A DNA stretch of 64,000 bases from Antedon mediterranea (GCF_964355755.1 NC_092679.1:20939432-21003431); one strand, 5' to 3'. Shown: positions 1-14,200, counted from the first letter of the stretch. Notes: generated from the letters alone by a model not told the origin. Translations and numbers: made by a program.

Positions 1-3000
1 TGGGATTTTGGCATGTGACAGTTCGGATCTAATCTTTGACCAAAATTAAATAACTTACGTATTCTTTATAATACTCTTTTGATTTTGGTTAATCCAGCTA
101 ATTTGATTGTGCCAATTAACCTTCAGTCCCTGTGGGTACAATGTTATCCCTACTTCAACCACCTGTGTTTGGACTTGGATGTTGATATTGACCATTTCAA
201 TCAATGGTAAAGCTTTTAGTAAATCAGTGGTCAATACCTCAATTATCTTTATGAATAGGAATGTACTTTTGATTCTGTATTTCAAAATATTTAGAAACAA
301 CTTTTGAATCTTATGCCATGCATTTTAAAATGTTGTATTTGTAAATACTGTAGTTAGTATTCTGTAATGGCCTTGTTAAAATCACTATATTAAGTGATCA
401 AGTTTTCCGTTTTCAAATAAATTATTATTATTATTTCTACAGGTATACTCATAGTGTTGAAAATAAATAGCTCCATCATTGTGTGAATATCCTTTCACAG
501 TTTTGCTTTGGTTGATTTACCAAAACATTTTAATTTTTGTAAATGCTTGTTCTGATGCTTTAAAAGCGGTTACCTCTTTAATCATCCAGAACCTCCATTT
601 TATTTTTTCTTGACCGTTCAACACCGACTTTTGATGTCCCGTCAATGAACAATTCATTAGAGAGACTTTGGCGACACTTACCTTATAAACATGTGTATTC
701 GTCAGAAAGGCCCATGTGCTGCATATTCTATAACTGAATTGTTCCTTCCGGATTAGGTTACAGGTCCTATTGTGCTACCTAGACTAATAGGCTATTAGCC
801 TGATCTCTGGGGTAAATCTTCAACGATATTTAACATAAAAAATATTTGTCAAAAACAACTTGGAAATAAACAGGAAGATGTATATTTTGACTTTTGTTGT
901 ATTCCTCCCATGAGAGAGGTTTTTGGTTCACAGATTAAAGGGGGTGAATTGTGGTTTTGGAAATATTTGGTCTTATTTACACTGTTGAATAAAACACATA
1001 TCTTAAGGGTGGGATCTAGAAATATATAACAAGTGATTTTACATTATAGAAATAGAAATAATAAGTTATTTATGAGAATTGTTTTAGATTTTTTGCACTG
1101 TCATGGTTTAGGTTGAAATTCTAATTTTATACAAGGGAAAGGAGACAGTAAAGTAGTAAATGGAATAGAGCATGTTGAGTAGCATATCCATGTACCTCAT
1201 GAAACAAGCTTAAACCTAGGCATAGGCCTACACAAATCGATTGAGAGAGGGGATACAGTTGACTTGTGGACCCCCTTCTCCTAAATTACAATGCAAAAAG
1301 ATAGGACATTAGATTAAGTCCAGCACTTTATTTTGTGACCATTTTAAGCCCTTGAAACTCCCTCCCTTCTTCCCCTTCCCCCAATTTCGAGTCCCTGCGA
1401 CAGATACTGTGATAGGCAGTATGTTTTACTGAGCTCAGTTCTTTACTGCATTGTAAAGGTAAAAGTAGTCGCACATCATAGCACTACACTGGAGGGGGAG
1501 TGGTGTGCCCACTGTAGTATGACCCCACGGATGATTTAGTGGCAGATTGTACTTGACGTCTATTGATGGCAAGAATGATTAATGGGGGTTAATTTCCATG
1601 CACTGTAGAGTACCTATTTAACACATTTACCATTTTTTCTTGGAACTTTTCATCCGGATATTCATTCGTTTCAATGGTATTTGTCATTATATTCATAGTT
1701 AAATAAACATAAAAGTATGTTAATCTGCCTGGCAGCCCCTGGTACCTTTCTTTTCGTCTTTATTCAAATCACAATTTCATTATGCTTGATGTTTTTGATG
1801 ACTCCCAAATGTTTTCTTGCATAACAATGGTATTCTTGGTAATAAAACCTTTTTAATGCTACTAGAATGATTTTGGTCTTTTATTTAAAGTACAGTACTA
1901 GGTTTCTTATAGATTACCTTTTGCCTATTTTTGATTATTTGATTTTATTTTTATTACAGAAAAGTTTATTATAGATCAGTATAAATTATTATAATGTTAC
2001 ATATCAATTTAAAAAGAGGCTTTTCTGTCTGTCTGTCCATCTGTCTGTCTGTGCACAAGCTTAGCACTGCCGACAGTATGTGATCAAAATTGTCAGTTTT
2101 ACTTGGCAGTAAAACAAAAATAATAGTTGCCAAGTTTTCCAGCCATTTTATACCTTTATATTCTTTGTGACATTAAATTGCATTAATCTTTATGGTGATG
2201 ATATAATGAATTGAAACAGTAGATTAGAACAAGGGGGAATTGTCGAAGGGCCCCACCCCTCTCCTCTCCTTGACAGCAAAGATGATATGAACTACTTCTG
2301 AATAGTGATGCCCTAAATGAGGGGTTACTAGGTTTTAATAAATGCAATCGTATAGTCATCTAGGGAACACTAAAATAATTAGACTATTTAATCTAATACA
2401 GATTACCACATCGCAATTCCGAATATGTTATATACTTACAAACCATATAATTAAGTTGTCCAAAAATACATTTGCTTGATTGATGGTCATTAATATGAAT
2501 CTTTAATTGTAATTACTCGAAGCTGGGTTCTTTGATTGATTTATAGATTTCCTTACCACAATTACCTTACCGGAAGTTTTTCAATCATAAATTATCCCAG
2601 CACGTGTAAAATTACTTTACCCTTCCTAGCTAACAAAGGTTATTTGGTGTCAATGCCCTTACAATAGATCTGTGATAGAGGTCGCAGTTTTAAGGTTGGT
2701 CTTGTGTGTTTACCCCCTTTGATCTAAGATTTGTAACTGATAAGAAAGTATTAATTACCTGCGACCAAATTCTTCAAACAAACAGGATGCGAGATTTTGA
2801 CATGAAAATAAATTTATCAAAGGTGTTTTTAGTGAGAATAATCATAAAGGGGTTATTAGCCCATAGGATTTTGATAATTACTGTACTTTATATGAAATAT
2901 ATTGATTAGTATATTGGTTCTAACTAAAGTTTATCACTATAGACTTACAATTCTATTAAAGTTATATAAAGCAAATAAAATCCCTTCCATGTTCTTCTAC

Positions 3001-3170
3001 ATTTTGTAGAAATAAGCCAGGGATATTTTAGACATGCATTGGGGTCCAAAATTCTAATAAGACAAACCAAAGAACTTATAACACAAGAATCTCTTGTTCG
3101 TCCGAAGCGCGTAACAATTTCGAAAGGCATTGTGGGATAGAATAGAGCTATGGGTGGCGCCATTGTGAGC

Positions 3171-3372
3171 CATGGAGTAGGGCGCCCGCATCAAATTAGA
3201 AAGTCAAAATCATAGAGGGGATCTGCTAATGCTCTAGGGGGGATAGAGTAATTGACTGAGGAGTAGGGCGCCCGCATCAAATTAGAAAGTCAAAATCATA
3301 GAGGGGTTCTGCTAATACTCTAGGGGGGTAGAGTAATTGACTTCCTAGTTTGGAGGAGGCGCTGCTCCCATG
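3171..3372. mobile_element. Possible P-like MITE containing an 86-bp tandem duplication
   Basis: Near-identical direct repeats at 3174-3257 and 3260-3342. Ends CATGGAGTAGGGCGCC and GGCGCTGCTCCCATG are imperfect inverted repeats. Confidence 0.45.
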
Positions 3373-4867
3373 CTGTGAAATGGCGTCGCCCAGTTTGACC
3401 TTTTAACCCTGTACTTCCGATACTGTGTTTTGAATGCAAATTGAAGAACAGGAGATTCTTGTGTTATAAGTTCTTTGGACAAACTGAAAGATATAACTGC
3501 CTTATATAGAAACTGTATTTGCATTGTGGGTTTATAAATATATTCATGCTTGGTATTAGTATGCAATAACTATAGGATTGTAGGGGGGGGGGGGAGAAAG
3601 TTGGGGAGGATGGATACGAGCCATAGGTTAAATTGAAGTTAAACCACTATAAGGCACACTATACTCTGAATTATATAATTTTGATAAGTTGATTAATAAT
3701 ACCATTATATGTATACAATTTATAGATATAGCACAATTTATTAAAAAAAGTGTAGAAAAAAACTGTATTTCTTATTTGAACTTAAGATCGATTACCCATT
3801 ATTGATAAACAATAACAAAAAAAGAAACAAAAAAATGTTTACCTGGAGATAGAGATGTGCAAAGTACTTAAAAAAAACCACCTGAGTTGAAAGAAACAAA
3901 ATTGTAGATTCAGGATGACCCATTTAATCCTGTTTTTTTCCCCATACAATTTTATCGTAGGTTGTCTGTCTTTAATTCACAATAAAAGTTCTAATACTGC
4001 AATGTTTTTGTGTAAAAAATTTGCAAGCATATACAGTTATGATGTCCATAGAGAAACGACAGCGAGACTACTAAATAAGTCCCCATAGAGTTGAACGACA
4101 AAGGGGGTAAATCCGTTGACTAGTAATATCAGTGGAGATGGCTTGTAGTGCTTGGGGTCAACACTCTATGAGAATTATAAGCTTCACTTTAATGTTTTTC
4201 CCTGTTCAATATTTGATATCTAGAAAATTCAAAGTAATTTAGGGATACAATCCTCGATTGAAGCGATTATTGTTCTGCGCCTAGCAATGGTTGTGTTAAT
4301 GTGGTGTGGATTGGCTTTTCGTCGGTGTCAGTTTAAGGTGACGAACAATTAAGTGTCGGTGTCCACAACATCAAATACATTTATCGTTTTTCAAAAGTTT
4401 AATTGTAGTTTATTAAGATGCTTTTTTGCCGGAAAAGGTTTTTTTTTAGTTTGACTAAAAAGCATTTAATGGTATTTTAAAGCATTGAATTTGTATTACC
4501 ATTGAAGAACTCATTTAGAAGTCATTACTAAGATATAAATGATTGTATAATTTTATATACTTTGAATATTTTAATAAATTTTGTTTGAAAACATGTTTTG
4601 GTACAAAATTAATTGTTCAATATTAATTAAAGGCCATTGTAATTACATTTATTAGTTCAATGTGAATTAATTTTAATTTCTTTTTTATCCATTGTTCCAT
4701 GGAAAGAAAGGAAAATTATTATATGTGTGCTTGAAATGTCAAGGTATATTTCTCACTTCTCAGTCTCAGATTTTCTCATCCTAACTGAAAATAAATTTAT
4801 GAATGAATATCCAGTATATCACTGGCAAGGTTGGAGTTTCTCTATTCCTATAAAAGTATTATTTTTA

Positions 4868-5050
4868 TATTCAATTCAATTCAATTCAAAATTAACATTT
4901 ATTTCCAAATTGGTGGCGTCATCAATAGAGCAAAAGCTTGTGTCAGGGACGGCAAAATAAAACAGACAAATTAAACAAAATATATATATAAAACACAGAA
5001 ATGAAAATAACAATAAGACGTCAAGCGGTACATTTCAATTGCAGTATAAA
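4868..5050 (-). mobile_element. Probable LINE 3' end remnant
   Basis: (ATTCA)n tail next to TTTATT and a GC-richer segment, the usual layout of a minus-strand CR1/L2-type 3' end. Confidence 0.35.
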
Positions 5051-5487
5051 TCATATTAATACATTTTCAATTGATTGATTTAATAATAATAAGAATAATG
5101 ATAAGATATAATTCCTTAAAAAAAATAGTATTTGCCAAATATCTAGTTTTCTAAACCCATTGATTATGAAACATTATTCTCTCTCATTGAGGTTACCTAA
5201 GTTTCTTGAATTTCTAAAACTTGCTTTGTAAATTGTTTCTGTAGGATTTCTAAGAATTGTCTGGTTGGCAGAAAATCAAAAATAACAATAGACCTTCCCA
5301 TGCCAAAAATAACAAATATTTTGAATTAAGGTGTTTCATTATAATGATGTCATAATCTGAATAAGCCTATGTGAATTTCCCCTTTTTATTTGATTTATAC
5401 ATGTTGTAATTGATTTAATGACATTGAGGTGCATAGTGCCAATTGGCAATAGGATGTTGTTGGAAAAATGATTAACCACTACATTAA

Positions 5488-6115
5488 AGACCCCTTCCCT
5501 GCAATTTTGGACGTTTTTTGGAAAATAATACATATATATCACTTTAAAAACATTAAACCATGTCATTCCTTGTCTTAAATGTACGTTTTATGGTAAATTA
5601 TGATAAAAAGTGAGAAACAATGCACTACCTAAAGTAGCTCGCGGCGATCGACCTCTCGTGGACGGTCTTAGGCCTAGCCTAGCTAGGCTTAGTTTTGTAG
5701 GCCTAGCTGGTAAACATCAATAACGTACGAACATCGTACGCTAGCTATATACCTAGCCTGACGTTGTATAGTTGCTGCATTAATTGTCTTTCTATTTTTG
5801 CCAGACTCCGTTGATACAAATTGGGGAAAACCCGGTATTTTCGCTGAAAAGTTAGGAGTCTTCCATTTGTTTTGGCTTCACGATCGATCGAAAAGTGGGC
5901 GAATTACAGGTGAAAAACAAAAATATCAATCCGCGCGCAATGCATTTTGGGATTTATAGCGGGCCGCTATAATTATTAGAATCGATTTATTTTTCACATT
6001 TTTAACCGTTTAAAGACGAAAAAAGTTATCGCAATATGACCATATAGTATTATTTTTACATTAAATATAGTTTGTGATCTTAAATTAGATCTAAAAAAAC
6101 GTAGGGAATGGGGCT
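5488..6115. mobile_element. Kolobok-like non-autonomous DNA transposon
   Basis: TTAA|AGACCCCTTCCCTGC ... GTAGGGAATGGGGCT|TTAA: imperfect TIRs, AG..CT termini, TTAA TSD, CpG-rich interior. Confidence 0.65.
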
Positions 6116-6118
6116 TTA

Positions 6119-6272
6119 AGCTCTGTCTACACTATCAAACAAGTTTGACAAAACAAGTGTGTGCCCAAATACGGTAGTGATATACCCAAATATGGTAGTG
6201 ATATTACATCATGTCCATATATGGGCACATCACATTTTTTTGTCACATAAAGTTTGATGTGTCGACAGAGCT
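6119..6272. mobile_element. PIF/Harbinger-like MITE (family A)
   Basis: TTA|AGCTCTGTCTACACTATCAAAC ... GTTTGATGTGTCGACAGAGCT|TTA, with internal 21-bp units. Confidence 0.8.
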
Positions 6273-6319
6273 TTAAACACATTATGCATGCTAATGATTT
6301 TAGAACTAGTATGGTATAA

Positions 6320-6395
6320 AGTTCTCTATCTCCACTATGGACATGATGATGTCATATCACTACCATATTTGGGAATATTACTACCGTATTTGGTA
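6320..6395. mobile_element. Family A MITE fragment
   Basis: ATGGACATGATGATGTCATATCACTACCATATTTGGG core shared with the other copies. Confidence 0.65.
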
Positions 6396-7505
6396 TGATG
6401 AGCAATGAGCTTCATTTTCTGACTCTTACACATGGGTAAGGATTCATCTTTAACTGGGGAGACTCTTAAATCTGATTTATTTTTATGGTCCCAAGGATTC
6501 AAAATTCATCCTAAGAAAGTTAATTTTTATTGAATTTTTTAATTAGGTACAGTAATAATGTATATTTCGGTATATCTTTATTAAAAAAAAGTCAAATGAC
6601 AAAACTGTAGTCGTATATTATAAATATAAATATACAATCATGATAAAAACAGGTAAAATATAAAATATTTAAAAAAGCAGATCATCAAAATAACATTACA
6701 AAACATTAACTTCATTTAACAGTCTAGCCATAGTAGGAACAGTATATATTCATTGTTAATTTTCATAATTTTATCAGGTGTGCTTGATGTATGGCTAGGT
6801 TTTGGTTATCATCTGTGAAATTTAAAGGCATCCTTAAACTCATTTTGTATTATTGACTCTGTGTATAACTCATAAAATATCGGAAATAAATTTTAGATGG
6901 GAAATTATATTGTTGTTTTATTATATTTCCTGACACTTAATTATTTTTCTGTAGTTTGGTACAAAAATAGTATTTTTATTTGTGATTATATAATCACTTT
7001 TTGTTCGTATTACGCCTTTAGGAGGAATTCAATCTTGGGAAGACGCTCGGAAGTTATTTCTATATACAATGTATAGAGTGCGGAAAAGGCAAAAATGTCC
7101 ACTTTTTTTAGTATAAAATGTAATTTAGGAGGAGCTAGCACCTTTATTTTTCAAAATTGTCTTAGTCCCGCCCCATTTGGATCTGCCTATTTATTTGCTA
7201 ACAATATTTTTAAGGTCGTTACACTGAATAAATATACACAGATTCCAGCTATCAGTAGTTGTATTTATTAGTAAATCCCATCATCTATTTCAACAATCCA
7301 ATGCCTATCCTTTTTATTCCAGCTTTGATATTTACAAAATACCGACTATTATTCATTGATAAATAACAAATTCGCTCACTTATAGATAATAACATCTATT
7401 GATAAAAAAGTTCTTTTATTGTTAACACCCTCTTAATAATAGTCATTTTATTATTTTGATCCTTGGTTTATATGCTTATCCTGGTAGATAGAGTTTTGAT
7501 TACTT

Positions 7506-7965
7506 CTATTAAATTGTGTAATGCTTGTATTATTTTGTTTTATCTGGATATTGATGTCTCAATGCCTGCCTTTGATTGGTTTAATGTTTGGCATAGTTAA
7601 GCAGTATTTCTCTGGTCTATTTAATTGTGGAATACTTCATTAAGTTTTTTTACCTGTCTGTGTCTGAATATCCCAATGCCTGTTTTTGATTGGTTTAATG
7701 TTTTGCAAAGTAAAGTAAATAGTACTTCTTTAATAAATGTGTAATACCTAGTTTGTTTTTATATGTTATCTGAATATCCCAATGCCTGCCTTTGATTGGT
7801 TTAATGTTTTGCAAAGTAAAGTTCTTCTTTGATCTATTAAATGTGTAATACCTAGTTTGTTTTTATATGTTATCTGATTATCCCAATGCCTGCCTTTGAT
7901 TGGTTTAATGTTTTGCATAATTATGCTGTATTTTGTTGATCTATGTAATTGTGGAATACTTCATC
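7506..7965. repeat. Degenerate tandem repeat, ~4 units of 103-115 bp
   Basis: CAATGCCTG(CC/TT)TTTGATTGGTTTAATGTTT recurs at ~7560, 7674, 7780 and 7884. Confidence 0.85.
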
Positions 7966-10900
7966 CAGAAAAGTATTATTTTGTTCTTAAATTATCTTAG
8001 TTGTATTGTTCTATACATGATTGTTATTATGTTTGTAAGTGATTTCATATGAATATAAATTAATGATTTTTATGTTTAATTCATAACCTTGTAAATCACA
8101 TATGTTTTAACTATGTGAAAGATGACTCCTATTTGTATTGGAATTAACATATATAATCTGTTTTGTAATATTCATTTTATCTGTTGCCCATATTTTTTGA
8201 TTAAAAACTTAACGAATGATTTTAAATTGCTTTATGTGGCATTGACACATATTTGCATACTGAACTCTGTTAATTTATAATTGTTAACTTTATTTGGTAC
8301 CTGAAATGTTTCAATTTTATGTTAAAAATATATAAGCCTGATTGTATTCACAATAAATAGAGGTGTCCAAGGAAGGGGTTTATAGTATATGATATTATGC
8401 AGGACTGGTTGAAAACATTTTACAAGACCGTAGCCGCCAGTATGGTTGTTAAGATTTCAACCTGACCACTTTTTCACAGAGAGGCCTTGACAACCCTGTT
8501 TTATATGTTTAATATTCTAACTTGTAATAGAGAGAGGAGGAATTGTTTATGTTATACGCATTTTTACACACATCCATACCCATAAATGGCCCGGTATAAA
8601 AATGACTTGAATTTGTACCAGGAAGATTATACTACTTGTACCTGCTCTGTGGCGGGTATTTTTTTTCTAGTAAATATATGGTTGATGATTTTGTTGGCAC
8701 ACACATTTTGATATATCTCATACCGTATATTTTTGAACCAGTAATGGGTGCATACAACTGTCACGAATGCTTTGATTTCTGCCGACATAAAAGAATTGAT
8801 TTTAAAAGGTGTGTTTATATAAAAAGAAGACTATCACAAATTATTCCGACTTCATACAAAAGTTTTTATGTGTGTTTTATTTGTTTATATTCTTTGACAC
8901 ACCGTATTCTATGCTTTAATTTAACTGGTATGAATGAATAGACTACTCTGTATACAAAGATGCCGCACTGAACCGCCTCTAACAACACCATGCCTCATAA
9001 ATACTAAGTAGGCATGGAATACAAAGGTGTTTGAAGGTGCAGGATGTCACAAATTTATTCGTAATTGTTCAATGTCAAGGCCATATTATCTAAAGTGTAA
9101 TTTATTTACCTGTGGAGCATAATAGTTTATTGTCTAAAGTTTGGCCATAGAGAATCCATGGTTTGGTCAACATTTGATTTCAAATATAACTTTTCTAACT
9201 TCCTTTTCTAACTTTTAAATTATTTTTTAATATTAATTAAAGTACATATGAAGGATATTGAATTATTAGCATGCAATGGTTATTACATGTAATGATCTAT
9301 TTAAATCAGGCAAGGGTGTAGGCTAGAGGAAGACACTGGATGCAGCTATGCACCCTCCTGATGAGCTTTTTTTAATGGTTTAAAAAATAAGGGACCAAGA
9401 CCTGGAGAGTATCTGTAAAAAGAGAGTTTGATTCTGTTTTGATTTCCTTTACTCCACTAAAATGTGCTCCTCCCCCATTCTCAAACGAGCCTATGCTTTT
9501 GGGCCCCAGAAAAAAGTATTCCTCTGAATATGTGACTGCTTAGAATGAAGATGATTGTTAAATCTCTGCCTGAGTAACTGGACTTTGACTTTCGTTTGTG
9601 CATGGTAAAGAAAAGAACTTGAAGTATATAATTGATTGGAATGCTTATTAAGTAAATTAACTAAAAGGGTACAAGTATTATTAATATGTGTGAAAGATTT
9701 TATCAGATTGCCTGTAATCTCGATAAATAATTTCCACTCAATTAAATAACCTATCTCCCATGACACTAAACAGGCCACACCTGTTTCTTCCCTCCTCCGC
9801 GACATCGTACTCGTACTCCCTAATAATTCTCAGGCTCTGTTACATAATAAACCCTTTTTTAGGAGATCTAAAATCTTATCTAAAAAATGTTACTTGTGTG
9901 AAAAAAACTGCGAAATTTATTGATGTTCATTTAATCTATTTTAAATCTACCGACAGATAAAGAAAAGGCGGTGAGCCTCTAAGGTTTCCCAGCTACCGAA
10001 AATTACAGGGGTGAAACGATAATTGACTTTTGGTGAACAATAGGCCAAGCATAATAGGGTGTTTGTTAAGGTGTTTGAATGATTTGAATGGCAGACCAGC
10101 CTACTGAATAACTTGCTGTGATCATCAGTAACTCATAGGCATTCTACTAAATTATTAGGAAGGAATTTTGTTGGTTAGCTTCTAGTTTTCAAAGTTTCTG
10201 GTCTTTGCGACGAGAGCTGAATAAATAATGTTTATGGCCTCAAGCCTATAATTATATATAAACTAATTGAGATACTTGTAATGATGTATTTCAAACATTA
10301 TTGATATATTATGTAGATGACTTGTCGAACTGGGACAATACATGTACACCTCGGCCTAACTAACCCCTTTATGGTTTAACATCAATGTTATAATCTTGGT
10401 AATAAAAAAATATTATATAAAGCTTAATTATTCAGAATGTTTGATAAATACAGACCAATTTGCTGTACTTTCAAACCAACGCACCCTAGCATTCCTATTA
10501 ATGATCATGTTCATGTAAGTTAATGAATCATATCAATTTAATGTAATATTAACTACTTTCATGATATCCGTCAATGATCACATTAACTGTCAACCTTCAG
10601 TGGGTTCCGAGTTAAAATGGCTCAATGGAAAGGAGCCTGGCTTGTGTGTGACAAGGGCCTAAGTTCAAGATCTACTATCATCATCCTTGGTTTATCCCTG
10701 ATATTCCTTTTGCCTCGTCCTTCAAATGGGTTGTTAAGCTGTTCACCACTTGTCTATACAAAATACATGAAAAAGAACTTTATATAACGCTACTTTCTGA
10801 ACTTGTAGATGGATAAAGCCGCAAACTGCATACATAATTACCATGCTTGTGGATTTTGAAACTGCTATGGATAGTTGAATCAGTTTTTACGAGAATTTTA

Positions 10901-11159
10901 CCCTCATCTTGGGACTAGATTTAATTGCTGAGAAGTGTATTGACCTCTGGGATAGATAGAATTTATTCTGAGAATATTGAATAATTAGGATTAAAGTAGA
11001 AGTTATAGTCAATTTGATAATAATGATTTAATAATCAAAGATCACATTTTGGACATGATTTTGATAATCCTACTTTTTGATATAACATATAGTAATTATT
11101 ATCTATGTTTAGGAGAGTCTAAAGAAATTAATTTTTTTTCAATTGAGTTTAAATTAGAA

Positions 11160-11285
11160 AATTAGGGGCTGAACTTGATTAGTTTTAACTATTTTTTAGC
11201 CCTACCCTTGATATAATTATTATTATTATTTTTTATGTTACAATGTTTATTAATTTATATTTATGGATAAATAAAGAAAGAAAAA
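11160..11285 (+). repeat. Dispersed repeat (second copy at 14622-14730)
   Basis: TAGGGGCT(G/A)AACTTGATTAGTTT..ACTATTTTTTAGCCCT.CCCTTGATATAATTATTATTATT in both places, ending A-rich; possibly a retroelement 3' end. Confidence 0.7.
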
Positions 11286-14200
11286 GAATAAAATTTAGTT
11301 TTGCAAACACAATAATTTAGCAGAACAATTTTGTTATTTAATAACATTATTTTAGTTAAGGATATACATGTTTATTAATGTTAATGAATTTATATAGCGT
11401 ATTCCACAAACAATGTCGTCTCAATGAGTCTTAATTAAATCTTGATGAAAATAAACTTTTTAGTTTTACAAGTACGATAATTATTTAAATTAAATATATA
11501 AATGTTTGTTAATGTAATTTATTTATATTCCACAAACAATGTCGTCTTAATGCGCTGTGGACTTGTTTTAGTTTTAATCCTTCCATCTGGATGAAATAAT
11601 GGCAATTGATTTTTAGGAGAAAGTGTTTCTTCAGAATGATGTAGCAGTTTGTATACATTTTAGTGATTAAGCCCCTATGTATAACCACATTCGTTTTTAA
11701 CTAGTTACTAGTTCATCTGTAATTACTTTCTAACCTGCTTATTTATTTTGCGGTAGTTCTCGGTAAAACCCTTTAACCCTCACCCTAAAAGCGGAAGTCA
11801 TCCCACGGCAGACAAATTATTAAAGACTAATCGTTTTAAGTTGTCAAGACCTTCTAATCGCATTTCTTTCCTTAGTGCTTAAACATTTATTTTAGGATGT
11901 AACACTTAGGCAATATGGTCTTGTAAATTCCTTAAAATTAAAGTAATTTACAGAAATAGGGCAGATTTTTGTAGGAACCTGTCAAGGTTGTTAAAAAACT
12001 TAAAACGAGGACGTGTACTGATGCGGGAAAAAGATGATATGCCGAAAGCAGGGCAGTGGGTGAACAGAACGTGTCAAGGTTAGCAAGTTTTATTCCCAAT
12101 CGTAACTTCTGCAAACTAACTATAAAACCTTTCTTTTTGGGTGGAAATCAACCTTCAATTTTGTTTTCTTTTTTATAACTAAAAGAGTAACGACCTTACG
12201 AATACGAACCCTAAAGTCTGGTAATGAAAGTGCTACATTTAATATTATGTGATTCATTCTTTTAACCCCATACCTTTCACTTGTATATATTATAAGTGAT
12301 GTTTATTTCGTTTGTAAAGAGGTTACATTAGTTTCTAGAACTTCGCTGTACTGTTATATGTGAATGTTATTGTTAATATTATGTATATTGCTATTGTAAT
12401 ACATTTTTAAATAAGCTTTTTTTAAAAATAAATTTCAAAATGAATTAATCTCAATTATTTCATTTTTAAGAATTCAATTTTATCCAGTTATCATGGTCCC
12501 TAAATATTTCCCTCTAAAATCATACTATTAAAAAGAAAGTATTTGCTTAGGCTATGGGTTTTTATTACATTTTCATTGATTTTGATGATTAATTAATTCT
12601 TTATGTTTTGTTTCATTAGATTCAGATCCCCCTTTTCTCAATCTGTACTATTTATATTTATTTCATTTATAATAAAATATCTGCATTATATCTGTTGATA
12701 CCTGTCCTTTTAATATTAGGAATTTATATTTTAAACATATACATGAAAATGCATCCTCTCACTTTACATGGTGAGTATCATAATAGACCAAAGATCCATT
12801 TAGTTTGGGGTATCATCACAGAAAGAACTTTCACACAAAAAAAATCACTGTTTGTATTTAGATTGATTTTGACAATTTTTCTGTTGAATATACTGTACAT
12901 ATGATCCTTTTATTAAATATTTGATTCCTCATCCTCAGACCTCTTCCTCAACCACCCGTTCTCAATTACCGTGTAAGTTTTACTATGAACTGGGTCGAAG
13001 TCTAATAAGCCAGTCATTCGTTTAACAACAACAGTTAGACCATGTAATGAGTCCATGGCACATTGAGGTTCAGTACAGTTTAATAACGCTACTCCACTAT
13101 AAGTATTACACGGGCTTGTACGTAATTAAGGCTCCGTCATGATCGACTGGTAAAGCGGCCAGTTGCATTCTCGCTGCATCATTGCATACTCTAGGTGCTT
13201 GATCGCGATTACTACGTCCGTGGTTTTCAAGAAAATCCATCAACGATATTGTAAGACCTTGTCATAGCCTACTTTTACAAACGCTTATTGCCCAGAGTTG
13301 ATGTTATAATTACTGTAGCAAAATTGTCTTTTAATGTGATTAGGCATCTTTAACGAGCATCTTGAATTAGCTAATCTAGGTATGCTTTAGTATTAATGCA
13401 CAACTCGATTTGCTCTGTTTTTCTCAATTTAATCAGATGGGAGTTTAGATTTTTACAAGAAATTTCATTCATTTAATTGTTTTAATTAAGAAAGTGGAAG
13501 TTCACGAATGCAGTACTGTACATTAATAGTTTTGTAAGACATTCAGTTCACTGGGCAGATAGAATTTAGACGGGGGCTAAAAAGGCTTTAGCACCACCCC
13601 CCTAAATTATAACACCCATGTTAAATAAAATAATGACTATTTTTATTTTCCTGCAACCCGACGAATCGTTTTTATCATTTATGAAATATGTAGCCCCCAC
13701 TAATCTTGCTGGATCCGCTCCTGCTAGGAAAAGGCCAGGATTCTTTAAATAGAGGAGTGTTAACAATACAGTATTTATATAATATTAATATAATATTAAT
13801 AGTCTGTCAATAACAGATTTTAAAAAGTAGTCATAATTTCATTTCCTGGATCCAACTCTGCTCCAGTTGATTTTATTAATTTGAAGTTTGTAAGCATAGG
13901 CTTACAATAAAATGATAGTGATTGCTCTTAATTATTGAAAATCTTAGATTACTTATTATTAATAAATATTTATATATATTATATGAATGGTAATCTTGAA
14001 TTACTATTTGTAGATTAAAAATAATTAAATTTGGGGTTATTCGTTTCGGTTTAGTTTTAACAGTCAATCACTAAATGTGGAACTGCAAACTTGAATTAGG
14101 TAAACTAATATCTACAAAATGTCCAATGTTAAAAAACATCATGGATTTTTAAGCCGAGTACAACCATTATAGACCCACTTATTACAGAGTAATTTTCATG

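Noticed and set aside
55-300. Minus-strand ORF ending near a GTAAGT donor, with a frameshifted KYIPIHK/IIEVLTTDLLKALPLI stretch reminiscent of transposon XPG-like domains
   Set aside because: The expected following motif (HAxTGCD) is absent and no partner exon is visible; cannot be supported without a search.
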